Assembly: GCF_020745735.1 (NCBI RefSeq)
Contig: NC_083409.1
Coordinates: 16,354,789-16,418,788, forward strand
Direction: 5' to 3'
DNA: 64,000 bases
DNA from: Hemiscyllium ocellatum
Taxonomy: Eukaryota
Of this stretch, positions 1 through 14,259 are shown piece after piece. Position numbers and translations under genes: made by a program. The first letter of the stretch is position 1, and every line of letters starts with the position of its first letter. The notes beneath the pieces were generated by a model. The model was not told the origin of the DNA and did not search any database. It was given only the letters and a program-made list of their open reading frames with translations.

Positions 1-353
1 TGTATTGTGCGGGCACAGTGATCCAGCTGCCTTCCAGTAACTATAGAGTACTTGCAATGCAGCTGAGGAGTATGGGTAATGACTCCTTCCATTAGCCCGT
101 GAACAAACCCGCAGTCATTCCAGTGGATTCCAGTGGGAATGACCTGTCAGTTGCTTCCCAGATATTACATGGTTCACCATCGCCATCTCCAGGACAATTT
201 GGGAAGGGCAACAAATAACCGACACGTCAACGCCCACCCCATACCAGGAGAAATCAAAATAAATGGCATATAATTCAAATGATCAAACTGGTGAAGCTTG
301 AATTCATCTCTTTGAAAGACTGGAGCCTTGCCCAGAAACAGAGCCTTGAAATG

Positions 354-413
354 GGTGAACCTGGTTTGTCAGACTGCAAGGTGGTGAATCTGGTTTGTCA
401 GACTGCAAGGTGG
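354..413. repeat. 29-bp tandem duplication
   Basis: GGTGAA(C/T)CTGGTTTGTCAGACTGCAAGGT occurs twice. Confidence 0.9.
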
Positions 414-3400
414 AGTGTCCTTCGGATTAGCAGTGGGATCAGCAAAAAAAATCATACGCAGAGATCTAACAAACAGCCATCAAAGCATGCCCCCAAAGTG
501 CAAAGATCAGTATTTGAAGCTCCACGTCTCCATCTCTATCCTTCCTTGTTGCCCTTCCTCACTGTCCTGCAGAGGGCGGTAGTGAGCCATGAGTTTCTCG
601 AAGAGGATCTGACAGAGGGACAAGGCCATGTCCTCGGCCTGAGCACAACTGCCTGACCTGCTGTGCTTTTTCAGCACCACACTTTTCGACTCCGAGCACA
701 ACTATCCCTCAGGAGAATGAGCTGTGGCACAAGAGGAAACGTGGGAGTGTTGGAAAGGCACCGGCAGCCTGGTCAGCCTGCAGAGGGGCAGAAACAGATT
801 TGATGAATGAGCTGATATCCTTCCAAGCTGAGATGCAAACTCAGGCTTTCAGAGCCACACAGTTTACATTGTTACTGACCGTGGCTCCATGGACAATGTT
901 CCTGCCTCATCGTCAAAATGGTCATCGGATTGAAAGCCACCTCAGAAATGAGAGAACAGAATCCAGGCCGAGACTGTGGTGCACTACTGAAAGTTGCACA
1001 GTCTCTGGCACCATCATTTGAGGCTCCACCACCACCACACCCCGACCACCCCCACCCCCACCTCAGGGGGCTCGACAAGATCCGATTCTGAAGAGATTCA
1101 CTCGGGAGTCCTGCTCAATATTCAACTAGTGCCAACAAAACAGATTTGTTTTGTCATTCGTTTACTGTCTGTGGGACGTCACCATCTTGTCCGTGAATGT
1201 GACTGCTCTATGCTCACAGCTTTGAATATTCTGAGATGATTAAAAAAAAACTGCACCAACAAGAGTTCTTTCCTCATTATCATGTAAAAGGAGAGCAATT
1301 AGCAAGTGATAATGCACACTGAGCGTAAACACTGAAGCTTCAGCTGAAAGGCTTTTTGCACCATGTTAACCTGCTCCTTGGGCATATCCTTCCAATGTCC
1401 GAGATGGTTATCAGGCTGGGATGGAGGCTGACAGATCACATGGAGTCCTTCAGGCAAGGTACACAAGGGCACAGTCCAGGCTTGTTGCAAATCTTGAAGG
1501 GCTGGGAGATTCTCTGTGGCAGTTTCTCGTGCACATCCTCCATGGAATTATCACAGATTTTACTGAAATGGAATTAACTCAGAGAGGGGAAGGAAATGGG
1601 AAGAATTAACCAGAGAAGGGTGAGCATCAAGAGAGGTGGGAGTGTGTGGAAAATTCAGTGCTATTAAAATTTCCAACTGGGTTTCACACGGAAAACTCAA
1701 ATCGTTACCAGGATATAACAGGGAGAATCCTCACTGACATAAACAGGCTGAGTGTCAGAAACCCTAAGCCTCCGGTGCCCGACTCTCTCTGAGGCATTAC
1801 AGTTCATGTGTCAATAAGGGAGACTTGGTGACATGGGGTTATATTATAATCAATGACCGGAGAGGCACAGATTAAAGATAAATGGCCAAATGTTAAGAGG
1901 GAAGATAAGGAAACACATTTTGACCCGGAGGGTGGTGACAGTCTGGGGCTCACTCCCTGTAAGGGTGGTTGGGGCAGAAACTCTCCCATAACATTGACGT
2001 ATTTCGATGTGAAACTGTGATGCCAAGGTATACAGGGCTACAGGCCGAATGCTGGAACATGGAATTAGAATGGTGAGGTGGTGGTTTTGACTGGGGCTTT
2101 GGCTCATTGGGCCAAAGGGCCTTGTTCTTGTAGACCTGTTGTAGATGTCTGACTCTGCCAGGACTCCAGCAATGTGGCTGACCCTTACCTGCCATTTGAA
2201 AGGCCGAGCAAGCCACTCAGTTTCAGGGCAGTTAGGGATGGAGAACAAATGCTGGTCTTGTCAGTGACACCCACATCCCAGGAAAGAATAAACAGCCTCA
2301 GTAACACGGTCACCTGAACCTGCAGGTTTTCATGCCCCACTCCAGAGACTGGAGCACTATCCTGAGGCTGGCAAAGGCAAAGATGATCGGTTAAACCACT
2401 GCCCTCTCAGGTCAATGTGAATGTAAGGGTTTTCTGATCATCTCAGACAAAATTCCCCCCCCCCCCCCAGTGTGCTGACCAATACTTCTCTTATCACCAA
2501 TGGCATCAACACAAATACAAAAACAAAATACTGCAAATCTCAAATAGAAGCGCGATGTTGGAAAAACGGAACAGGTGCAGCCTCTGTGGGGAGAGGAGGA
2601 ATTACCTTTTTGAGGTTCAGTGATGTTTTATCAAAAAAGCAGCACCATTTTATTTTATTCCATTTTAAGTTGTTTTATTTATTTTATTTAAATTTTGTTG
2701 ATCAAATTTTAGCCCGCTTGATTGGCACCATTTCCACACACATCCATTCCCTCCACACCAACACTCAGTAACATCTGTGTGTTCTATTTACAAGATGCAC
2801 GGCAATAAATTCATCAAAAGTCCTGAGGCAACACCTTCTAAACCCATGATTACTTGAATCAAGATGGACAGGAGCAGAAGATACAATGGGAACATCACCC
2901 CAGCAAGTTCCCTCTAAGCTATTCACCAGTTTAACTTGGAAATATCATCACTGGGTCAGAATTCTGGAATTCCCTTCCTCAGGACATTGTGGGTCTACCT
3001 ACAGCACAGGACAAGTAGAGATGGACAGTAAAAAGGCTGGTAAAGGTAAGAGGAGGTGTGATTTGGGACCAGAAAGTGAGACTGTGATGTTTCAGTTATT
3101 CCTGGACATTGGTGTGATCACATCTCAAATACTGTATTGTGTGTAGTTTTGGTCTGCTTATTGAGGCTAGAATATAAATGCATTGGAGGTGGTTCAGAGG
3201 AGTTTTACCAGATTGATCCCTGGTATGAGTGGGCTGTGTGATGAGGAAGGATTGGAAAGGCTGGCCTTGTTCTCAGTGGGGTTTAGAAGAGTGAGGGGTT
3301 TTCCTGTCCCACTGTATTCTCCAACCCCCTATCTGCTTCCCTCATGTGTCATACCCTCCTGCCCCTGACTACACGAGGAATTGAACTGTTTAGTCTTGAG

Positions 3401-4089
3401 GCCTATAACTTCCTTCTGGAACTAATCCTCCAGGTCTCTCCGGCACTCCCTGATGTATCACTGCTTTTTCAATTCAGCCTTCATTCCAAACTCCCTGAGT
3501 GGGAGCTCCTGTAGTTTTATACATTCACTGCAGATGTATTTACCCTGAATCATTTCAATGCAATAAAGAAATGTTGATCTCACTTACAAATGAAAAATAT
3601 CCATTCCTTCATTAGAGCAGTAATTGTCTTCAGTCTGTTTTGAAGTTTCAGTACTTTCCATTTATTAAACTTCCCTAATGGACATGTCCTGAAGCAGTCT
3701 ATTTAGACAGTCCCTCAAACTAAACAAATCTCAGATTCCTATTTTCTTGTTTATCATTTTGTTTCATTCAAACCAAGTGCGTGTGCAGGCTCCCATCAGC
3801 TGAAGTGACGGTTCCAAATCAGGTTGGAAAAGCAAAGGTAGGCTCCTTCTCTGAGTTCAACAAACTACCACACTGACCAAACTTCCCAGCATTCCCCTCT
3901 GTGCTGGCTGCACTCAGTGCGAGCTGCTGTATATAGGCTGCCCTGTATTTATACTATTTCTGATTTATATCACTCCATTCTGTTGTCCTGTTGTTCAGGA
4001 TATGGGTTAAGCTCACCCATTTCTCAATCAAAAGCTTCCTTCTTTCAGCCTGAGAGAGACTTTACATTTGCAAACAGGAAATATGACTT

Positions 4090-4565
4090 CAATGCTGGAA
4101 TCTGTTCTCAGGATTGATGGGCTCGATGATTTGATTCAGTGAAATAACCTCGTCTAATCTCTTCAGGGGCTGACATTTCAGGTGTAACTCTTCTTCAGGA
4201 AGGTGGGATAGGTGTGAGGGGAGTTGCAGATAAAGGGGTGGGTTGGAGCAAGATGGTGAGGTGGGGATAGTTTGAGAAAAATAGAGAGTATGACCTGATT
4301 GGTCGATGGGAGAGATGAATCCAGAATCATCCCTCCCCTCGACCAACCAGGTCCTATCCTCTACCTGTCTCCACCTATCCCCATCTAACCACCCTGCCCC
4401 GCCACTCCCTTTAACTGCAGCTCCCCCAAACCCACCCATCCCACTTCCTGAAGAAGAGTTACACCCAAAACATCGACATCTCCACCTCCTGATGCTGCCT
4501 GACTTGCTGTGTTCTCCCAGCCTCCTGCTTGTCAACCTTGGATTCCAGCATTTGCAGTTTTTTTG
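4090..4565. mobile_element. Inverted pair of Penelope pLTR copies (imperfect palindrome centred ~4322)
   Basis: CTTCCTGAAGAAGAGTTACACC occurs on the minus strand at ~4180-4200 and on the plus strand at ~4444-4465. Confidence 0.72.
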
Positions 4566-5830
4566 TCTCTAATCTCTTCAGGGCTCAGGATGAGTGTGAG
4601 GAGATTGGGCTTTGATGGAACTACGCACAGAATGAAGTCAAAAGAAGCAAAGCAAGAAAGGCAAGTGGATCGAATACAAGAGAGCAAGTTGTGAGGGAAA
4701 ACCAATTATTACCAGTTTGGCAATTACAAAGGAGAGAGTGACAACATTGAATTGCTTCTGGTGTCATCCTCTGTGCCCTAACATTTCACAGAGCCAGCTC
4801 CACATCCATCCATTGGCTTTGTCATTGAGAGTCAAGTTCCCTTCCCACAGCCCTTTTTAAAATGTCCTGTACCAGAGAGGCTGAGAATATTTCACCTTTT
4901 CTGGGAAGGATAGAGAAATATAGGATGTCAAGGAGCAGATTCTCTGTCTGACAGAAGGATGTGTGTAGTCTGTGGATTCTGGAGACAGATCACTGAGATA
5001 TTCCTCACTCCCATCAACACCTGACTTTATTCTGACATCAGTTTCTATTCTTCATTATAAAGTACCCCCACCAGTTTCAGACTAGACATTTCACACCCAG
5101 CCCCCATTTCCTCACATTGGAATCAAGAACCAAACTTGCCCCATCTCAGGATTGCCCTCTGAATGTGGTGTCAGTGTGCTAATGCTGTGTTTGATGAAAG
5201 AGCCACAGTGGAATCTGGGACTGAATCCAAGGGGTTTCTGAGCCCCCAGCAGCCTCCCCGCTGTGTGAGATTCTGTTTGGATAAGATTTCAGCCCCATGG
5301 TTCCCACTGATACTAAAACCATGGAGTGAGATTGCTGGAGCCACGTGTGGACTGAGGAACACAACAGTCAGGACAATGAGCTGCTCTGGAATCCACCCTG
5401 AGCCCTGGGTGATCCTCACTGAGATGGCCCAGGGGCTACAGAATATGACAGCAGAAGGTTTATCATTGATGGTCCTCCCCAGCCGTGACTCCCAGATGCC
5501 CCCGGATTGAACATTCTCAATCTGACCCCATGGACACACGGGGCAATTCCATCCCATTTGAAGAGGAAAGAAAACCCAGGTCTAATTTATGGAATATGTA
5601 TTTCTCAAACCCTGTAGAATTGTTATTCTGAGTAACAAGAGCCTGCTGGTCATATTCATAAATACAGGGTTCCCAATGGCACTGGCTCACAAACAATTGA
5701 GTTGAATTTCTTGGCCTAGGATCTTGTTGAGCCTAAGGGATGGGTGAGGGAATTTCCATCAGATTATTGTGTTCCCCAGTGTCCCTTCCTGCCTTCCTTC
5801 TTTTCTCCATTTATTGGGAAAGAATTCCGT

Positions 5831-6166
5831 GGGTGGCACGGTGGCAGTGGGTGGCACGGTGGCACAGTGGTTAGCACTGCTGCCTCACAGCGCCTGAGAC
5901 CCGGGTTCAGTTCCCGACTCAGGCGACTGACTGTGTGGAGTTTGCACGTTCTCCTTGTGTCTGCGTGGGTTTCCTCCGGGTGCTCCGGTTTCCTCCCACA
6001 GTCCAAAGATGTGCAGGTCAGGTGAATTGGCCATGCTAAGTTGCCCGTAGTGTTAGTTAAGGGTAAATGTAGGGGTATGGGTGGGTTGCGCTTCGGCGGG
6101 TCGGTGTGGACTTGTTGGGCCGAAGGGCCTGTTTCCACACTGTAAGTAATCTAATCTAAAAAAAAA
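5831..6166 (+). mobile_element. HE1-type tRNA-derived SINE, full length and young, with an 18-bp tandem duplication of its 5' end
   Basis: GGTGGCACGGTGGCACAGTGGTTAGCACTGCTGCCTCACAG head with A/B boxes, CR1/HER1-like tail, (TAATC)n end. Confidence 0.88.
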
Positions 6167-6389
6167 TCTAAAAATTCCTTGGGGCCCTGCATTCCTTCTG
6201 AAAGAACCCCTTCTGGACACAGTTGTAGAATTGCCCTCCTGCTCCAGGGACCCCATTACTCCCTCGATTCTCCCCCTCTTGTTCCAGGCCTTGAAGTTGG
6301 AGGTTAACACTTCACACACCTTTCCCTGAGGTTTCAGCTCTGGCCATTTCCAAAGCACACACAGAGACAGAGACTGAATCTTCTTCATC

Positions 6390-6395
6390 TTTATT
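6390..6395 (-). terminator. Poly(A) signal AATAAA of the light-chain transcript
   Basis: First AATAAA I found on the minus strand, ~525 nt after the C stop, followed by a GT/T-rich tract (TCTGTCTCTGTGTGTGCTTTGG). Confidence 0.65.
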
Positions 6396-6920
6396 CCCTT
6401 TTCCAGATTGACATTGACAGAAAACAGTCAGCAATTAACAGCCCAGACAGAGGAAGCTGCTCAAATTCACAGCCACAATGGAGCTTGAGGAAAACACTTG
6501 TGGAATTTTTCTCAATAACATAAGAATCCTGTCCCTTTAAACAGTGACAAAACATTAAATTGGAACTAGCGACTGAGCAGGAAGGAGATCTGGTTTACTG
6601 AAGCAGAGACTTCTGAGGTTCACATTATTTTGTACAGCTGACAGTTTTCAGCATCTTTGAGAGGTTTTACTTGGCATCACTAGTCTTCACTGTCCAATCA
6701 AACACTCCTAGAACAGGGTCAGCATGGGGTTTGATACAGAGTAAAGCTTGTTTTTGATAATTCCAAAGACGTGCCTTAACTCGTGAACGTCAGACGTGTC
6801 TCTGAGCCAGTCCTGAGAAGGAAGAGAATTGAAATTCAGTGCTGACAATGACCTTTGTCCTGCCAGCTCAGCCCTGTTCTGTTTAAAGTTGTATCTCCTC
6901 TGTGGACTGTCTCAAACACT

Positions 6921-7249
6921 CTACACACATTCTGATCTCTTGATGCTCTTGCTGAGGGGAGAGGGGAGGGTCACGTGGGTGAGGGCACAGGAGAAGCGAG
7001 CGTCAGACTCCCAGTCAGACCCAGAGAGGGTCAGCAGGCTGCTGACACTGTAGGTGCTGTCCGAAGCTCGCAGGTAGTTGCTGGTCTGAACCCCATCCGA
7101 AATGATTGCACCGTCCTTCTTCCACTGCACCTCCAGCTCATCGGGATAGAAGTGATTGGCAAGGCACACCAGGGTGGCAGTGCCCTTGGCATTGACCTGC
7201 TCCGGGGAGGGAGGTAGCAGGGTCAGCTTGGGCTGAGAGTTGTCACGGC
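6921..7249 (-). CDS. IGKC: Ig kappa-class light-chain constant exon
   Basis: Acceptor TTGTCTTTCAG at 7250. Intact ORF (S)RDNSQPKLTLLPPSPEQVNAKGTATLVCLANHFYPDELEVQWKKDG...YSVSSLLTLSGSDWESDARFSCALTH...RSECV-stop has C1-set motifs and the penultimate Cys. Confidence 0.96.
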
Positions 7250-8589
7250 CTGAAAGACAAGAGAAACTATTTTAATCCCTGTAATTCAAAGGGATTTCAA
7301 CTCTGTAGGTTCACTGGCAAAACAATCCATTTGAACATTTGTATCCAATACCTAACAAGCCCCATAAAAGGACAGGGACTTTTAAAATTGCTTCTTGTTA
7401 TGTGAGTGTCACTGGAAGGGCCAGCATTTATTATCCATCCCTAATCGCCGCTGAGAAAGTGATAGTGAAAGAGAAGGGACAGTTTTGGACCATCATTTTT
7501 GGAATGTATGTGAGCAGCTGAAAGGGCTATCAATGGGGGAGCATTTCAGTGACAGTGATCAGAACTCAGTGAGATTGAGAGTAGGGATGGAAATGGAGAA
7601 CCACGGAACAAGTGTAAAAGTTTTTATTTGGGAACAAACCATTTTACTAAACAGGTCAGGGATTGGGTAAAAGTAAGCTGAAAGACAAAATGCAGGGATG
7701 AAATTTACTAGGACCTGAGGAAAGCAAAGAGCTGACAGGATGAATTGTGTCCAGATGAAGTCAGTGAAATCCCAGTGATGTTTTATAATCACAGAAAGAA
7801 CAAGAGAATGAAGGAATGTGAGGCCCATTCGAGAGCAGGAAAGGAACTTGTGTGCGGGGGTGGGAGATGGAGCAATGGTTCCTCATGAAAACATTCGGTC
7901 TGTTTTCACAAAAGAGAGGGACAAAGCAGGAACTGTAGTTCAGGAGGAGGACTGTGCAACATTGGAATGGCATCTTTCACATCTGAAAGACTCCCAGTTC
8001 ATCCAAAGAAAAGAAAGATCCATGCTGTCCCCAAGACATTTGCAGACAGTGTGGGACTTGTTTGAAATGTGGTCACTGTTGTAATATAGGAAATGTGCAA
8101 GCCAGATTGTACACAGCAAGATCCCACAAGCAACAATGAACCAAGGAACATTTTGAGTGACGTTTGTTCAGGAATAAATATCAGCCTGAATACAATTCAA
8201 AGAGAAAGTAACTGGAACAGTTGGATGGAAAATGAGAAAAATGAAAGTTAAAGGAGAAGGGAGAATTGTTGGTTAGTGATGGGATTCATTGTTACCAGGA
8301 AATAAAAGGAAAGGGACAGAGCGTTGTGAATGTCATATTGTACTGAGGAAACTTAAAAGTGCAGGGAAGGTCACTATAGAACAAGCTTAAAGGCTTTGTC
8401 TCTTAATGCATGACCCATTCGGAATATGGTCGACAAAGTGGTACCACACAAACCAAGGTAAATCAAGCTTCAAGGAATTTAAACTAATTCAAGAAGGTAG
8501 GGCCTCAGGACACTTTATTAAATCATTCGGATCAAGTACTAGGATAGAGAGTATAGAAAGGATGAGGAATTGAACTTGAGGCCCCGCAG

Positions 8590-8840
8590 GGTGGAATGGT
8601 GGATCAGTGGTTAGCACTGCTGTCTCACAGCTCCGGAGACACAGACTCAATTCCGACTGACTGTCTGTGTGGGGTTTACACATTCTCCCTGTGTCTATGT
8701 GGGTTTCCTCCCATTGTCACAAAGATGTGTAGGTTAGGAGGATTATCCATGGGAATTATAGGGTGGGTGGGATGCTTTTAGGAGGGTCAGTCTGGGCTGA
8801 ATGGCCTGCCTCCACAATGTAGGGATTCTATGAATTCTAA
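8590..8840 (+). mobile_element. Diverged HE1-type SINE
   Basis: Same head and body as the 5831 copy, with deletions. Confidence 0.75.
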
Positions 8841-8989
8841 AGGAGATAACTATGAGAAGGAGACAGTCAATGCACCACTGCAGGTGTTGTACTTCGATGC
8901 ATCGAGTATATGAAACAAGGTAAATGAGCCTGTAGCGCAGGGATGTGGCTGCAAGGAGATCAGGGCTGGGAACTAAATATCCAAGGATA

Positions 8990-11900
8990 CACATCCTATT
9001 GAAAGGAAATGCAAGGGGATAGAGGGTCAAGTGTGAAGGAGGAACTGAAGGTAATCCTTGTTAGTCAGGAAATGGTCTTGGAGAAGCTGATGCTAGGGCC
9101 TGATGTTCTGCATCCCAGAGTCCTTAAGAAAGTGGGTCTAGAAATAGTGGACACATTGGTGATCATTTTCCAGCATTCTGTCGACACTGACAGAGTTCCA
9201 ATGGACTAGACAGTATCCAATATAACCCCACTTTTTAATAAAAGGAACGAGAGTGAAAATGAGGAATTACACATGAGGAAAACGCTGGAGTCAGTTATTA
9301 AAGATACAATAACCGAGCATTTGGAAAGCAATGACAGGATCGGTCCAAATAAGCATGGATTTACAAAAGGGAAATTAGGGCTGACACATCTCCTGGAAGT
9401 TTTTGAGGATGTGATCAGTAGAGAGTAGACAAGGCTGAATCAGTGGATAACAACAAAAATGATGAAAAAGTTCAGCAGGTCTGGCAGCATCTGTGGAGAG
9501 CAATCGAAGTTAGTGTTTCGAATTGAGTGACCCTACTTCAGAACTCAGTGGACAGTGAGTATCTGGGCTTTCAAAAGGCTTTTGACAAGGTCCCATACAA
9601 GAGATTAGTGAGTTACATTAAGCCCCATGGTATTGGATGTAATGTATTATCATGGAGAGAGAACTCATTGCCAGATAGAAAGCAGAGAGTTGGAATAAAT
9701 GAGTCCTTTTCAGAGTGGCAGGCAGTGATGAGTGGGGTACCACAGGGTTCAGTGCTGGGACCCCAGCTGTTCACAATACACATAAATGATATGGACAAAG
9801 GAATTGAATGCAATCCCTACAAACTTGCAGATGACATGAAGCTGGGTGGCAATGTATGTTGTGAGGAGGATGCTAAGAGGCTGCAGGGTGACTTGGACAG
9901 GCTGGCTGAGTGGACATATACTTGGCAAGTGCAACATAATGTGGGTAAATGTGGGATGATCCACTTTTGTGGTAAACAGATTATGAATGAATGGTGGACG
10001 TTTAGGAAAAGGTGAGGTGCAGTGAGAGCTGGGTGTCATTGAAAGGGGGCATGCAGGTGCAGCAGGCAGTGAGGAAAGCTAATGGCATGTTGGCCTTCAC
10101 AGTGTATTGGAGTAAGGATGTCTTGTAGAATTAAACAAGGCCTTGGTGAGGCCTCACCTTGAGTATTGTGTGCAGTTTTGGTCTCCTAGTCTGAGGAAGG
10201 ACATTCTTGCTATTGAGGGAATCCAGCGAAGGTTCACCAGACTGATTCCCGGGATGGCAGGACTGACATATGAGGAAAGACTGGATCGACTGGGCTTGTA
10301 CTCACTGGGATTTAGAAGACTGAGAGGAATCTCACGGAAACATATAAAATCCTGATGAGATTTGACAGGGTCGATGCTGGAAGAATGTTCCCAACATTAG
10401 GAAAGTTCAGAACCAGGGGTCACTGTCTACGATTAAGGGTTAAGTTATTCAGATGATGTGAACCTGTGGAATTCTCTACCACAGAAAGCTGGTGGGGCCA
10501 GTTTGTTAGATATATATCAAGAGGGACGTGGTCCTTGAGGATGAAGGGATTTATGGGTATAGGGGGAAGGTGGGAATGGGAAACTGAGATTACATAATCA
10601 GCCATGATCATATTGAACGGTGGTGCAGGCTCGAAGGGCTGAATAGCCTGTTCCTGCAGCTATTTTCTATATTTCTATGTTTCTAATGATAGGTAGATGT
10701 GTGAGGGGTGTGGAGGTGGGGTGTGGGAGGAGAAAGTTTATCCTGTCAGGAAGAACTGAAATTTATCGATAGCAAGAGGAAATATTGAGTGGGAATGCAT
10801 AGAATCTGTGTGAGTCAACTTAAGAAACCACAAAGGAACAAAGCCCCTGATGGGAGTTATGTACCAGACTCCGCGCAGTCGTCAGGATGTGGGTCAGAAA
10901 ATAAATCAGGAGATAGAAAAGGCATGTAAGAAAGGGATTATTACATAGTCATGGGGACTGCAATATGCAGGTGGACTGGGAAAGTCAGGTTGGGAATGGA
11001 TCTCAAGGAAAGGAATTCATAGAATGTCTGCGAGAGGCTTTTTTTGGAGCAGTTTATGGTAGAGCCACAAGGAAACAGGTAATTCTGGATTTGTTAATGT
11101 GTAATGAGGTAGCTCTGATTGGGGAGCTGAAGGTGAGTGAACCCTGAGGGGGTAGTGACAATGATATGATAGAATTCACCCTGCAGTTTGAGAGGGAGAA
11201 GCTGGAATACTATGTAATAAGAGGAGTTAATGAGCAAGTTAGACAAAGGAGAGCCAATGGACATGATCTATTTGGATTTCCAGAAGGCCTTTGACAAGTT
11301 GCCACACAGGAGGCTGCTAAATAACATAAGAGCCCATGGGGTTTGGGGTCCTCTACTGACATGGGTAGAGAGTGAGAATAAATGGATCTTTTGCAGGATG
11401 GCAGCTGGTGCCTCCTGCAGTTCAGCAGGGGGCAGTGTTGGGACCTCAGCTATTCATGTAACAATTAATTATATATTAACGATCAGGGAAAAGGAACTGA
11501 GGGCATTGTTCTTAAATTTGCTGATAACACAAAGATGAAGTGAGGGACAGGGAGCGTTGAGGAGTAGGGAGGCTGCAGAAGGACTTGGAAAGGCTCAGAG
11601 AGTGGGCAAAGGAGTGGTAGATGGAATAGAAAATGGGAATGTGTGAGGTTATGCAGCTTGGTTGGAAGAATAGAGGCTCAAACTGTTTCCTAAATGGGGA
11701 AATTTGGAATCCTGAAACGCAAAGTGGCTCAGGAGGCCTCTTTCAGGTTTCTCTTAAGGTTAATATGTAGGTTCAGTTGGCAATTAGGAAGACAAATGCA
11801 ATGTTAGCATTCATTTCAACTGAGTTAGAATACAAGAGCAGGTGTGTCCTGCTGAGGCTGTATGAGACTCTGGCCAGGCTGCATTTGGATTATTGTGAAC

Positions 11901-12420
11901 AGTTTTGGGACCCATATCTAAGGAGGGATGTGCTTGTATTAGAGGAGATCCAGAGGAGGTTTATAAGAATGACCCTGGGGGTGACAGCCTGGTCTGATGA
12001 GGAGCGGTTGAGAACTCTGGATGTGTACTTGATGGAGTTCAGAAGGACATGGGAGGATCACATATACACTTACACAACACTGAGAGGCCTGGATAGGGAC
12101 GTGGAGAAGATGTTTCCACCAGTAAGTGAAACAAGGACCAGAGGGTACAGCCACAGAATTTAGGGATAACTCATTAGGACTGAGATGCGAAGGAATTTCT
12201 TCTGCCAGAGGGTGGTTAATCTGTGGAACTCATTGCAGTGGAGATGAAGTCATTGAGTGTATTTAGGACAGACATTGATAGATTCCTGATTGGAAAGGCG
12301 AACAAGCATAATGGGAAGAAGGCAGGAGAATAGTCTTGAGAAACACATGACCAAACAGCACAGCAGACTTGATGGGGCGAATGGCCTAATTCTGATATCT
12401 TTTGAAGAGACTCTGCAAAA
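8990..12420 (+). mobile_element. Decayed CR1 LINE fragments (RT and 3' UTR), at least two elements
   Basis: RT motifs such as DFQKAFDKVP, GVPQGSVLGPQLF and LVRPHLEYCVQFWSP; CR1 3' UTRs near 10600-10685 and 12350-12400. Confidence 0.88.
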
Positions 12421-14110
12421 CCCCAGAAAACTGAAAGCTCTGGATTGTGAGCCCTGCTGGAGCTGTTTGTCATTAGAACTTTGCCAAGAGATAACCAAAG
12501 AGTGGAGACAGTATGCATCTTGTTCCTTGTGGGAACTTCAGAATGCTTCCGAGCTGCTCCTGGAATACAATGTGAGCAGGAAGTGTGGTCAGTGACAGCA
12601 GTTGGAGCTCTGGGCTTCGGAGCTTGAGCAGCAGCTGGTGTCAGTGTGGAGCGTCCGTGAGGCTGAGAGCTCCGTGGAGAGCACGTTTCTAGATGTGGTC
12701 ACTCTGCAGCTTCAGAGTACGCAGGGAGAGAGGGAATGGGGAAGCAGCAGACAGTCCAAAAGGACCAGGCAGCTAGTACAGGAATACCCTGAGTGCATCC
12801 CGCTCTCCAACAAAAATTCAGTTCAGAATCCCGATGAGAATGATGGTTCATCTGGGGAATGCAGCCAATGCACCAAGATGGGGGGAAGCTGTACAGGGGG
12901 GCACAAGGAACTGGAAGAGCGATAGTGAGAGGAGATTCGAGAGTGAGGGCAATCGATAAGATTTTCTGCAGCTGCAGATGGGAATCCAGGATGGTGTGTT
13001 GTCTCCCTGGTGCCAGGGTCAAGGATGTCACTGAGTGGCTGCAGAGCACCCTGAGGGGAGAGGGGGAACAGGCAGCAGTCATGGTCCACATCGGTCCCAG
13101 TGACAGAGGGAGAAAAAGGATGTGCTCCTGCAGTCAGAATTTAGGGAGCTTGGGAGGCAATTCGCAACAGGAACTCAAAAATAGGAATCTTTGGATTACT
13201 CCCATGACCAATGCAAGTGAGGATAGGAACAGGAAGATAAGACAGGTGGATGTGGGCTGGAAATGTGGTCCAGGAGGGAGGGCTTTAGATTCTTGGGTCT
13301 TTGGGAATGACCTGGTGGGAGATGCAACCTCTATAGACTGGATGGGTTGCTCCTGAACATAGCAGGAATTGAGCTCCTCGTGGGGTGATTTGCTGGTGCT
13401 GTTGGAGAGGGTTTAAATTAATATTGAAGGGCCGTGGGAACCAGGAGGGTAATATCAGGAAGGAACACCAAGGAACACAGAACCCTGGAAAAAATTGTTC
13501 GCATCAGAGTAAGGAGTAGTAACTTCCTAGGCAGGGTCAGAGTGAGAGAGAGCCAGCAATAAATTCTAAATCTGGCTGGCTGTGCATGTATGGGACTGCA
13601 CAGAGTGTGGGGAATAAGACTGGGGAATTACAGACACAGATTACCAAGTGGAAATCTGATGTTGTTGCTCTAACAGATGAGGTTCAAATGAAGACAGGAC
13701 TGGGTGTTAAATATTCCTGGATACAAAGTGTTCAGGAAAGATAGGAAAGGGGGGAAAGGGTGAGAGGTGTGGGATTGATTAAGGAGATCGGTGCAGAGCT
13801 GGAGAAAGAAGGTGTCTCAAAGGGGTCAAGGACAGAATCGATTTGGTTCAAGATAAGGAACAAAAAGTTGCAATCAGGTTGTTCAGTGCAGTCTGTAGGT
13901 CACTGACTAGTGGGAAGGATGTAGGGGAGCAAACCTGCAAGGAATTTACAGAGAGGTGCAAACATTACAGGATTTTAATTGTCAGAATATCAACTGAGAC
14001 AGCAACTAGATCTTGGGAATGAGGAAATCCAAGTAGATCAAGTGTCAGTGAGAGGACATTTAGGGAAGAGTGATCATTGTATCATAAAGTTTAGGGGAAC
14101 AATGGAAAAG
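12420..14110 (+). mobile_element. CR1 5' portion: ORF1 with esterase (GDS) domain and start of the ORF2 endonuclease
   Basis: RAIVRGDSRVR...RMVCCLPGARVKDV...VMVHIG matches the CR1 ORF1 esterase; frameshifted. Confidence 0.8.
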
Positions 14111-14259
14111 GACAACGGACAATCCAGCATAAAGTCATGATCATGGATCGTATCCCATGGATCACCCCCAATGTTTCACTCTTAGAATTTTTCACATTTT
14201 ATTTTAAAACAGAGTATGAATGAGTTACAAATATAATATTTTGCTTCAGTATTTACAGT

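Noticed and set aside
5849-5920. tRNA-like sequences at SINE heads
   Set aside because: They are SINE Pol III promoter heads followed by SINE body and tail, not complete cloverleaf tRNA genes.
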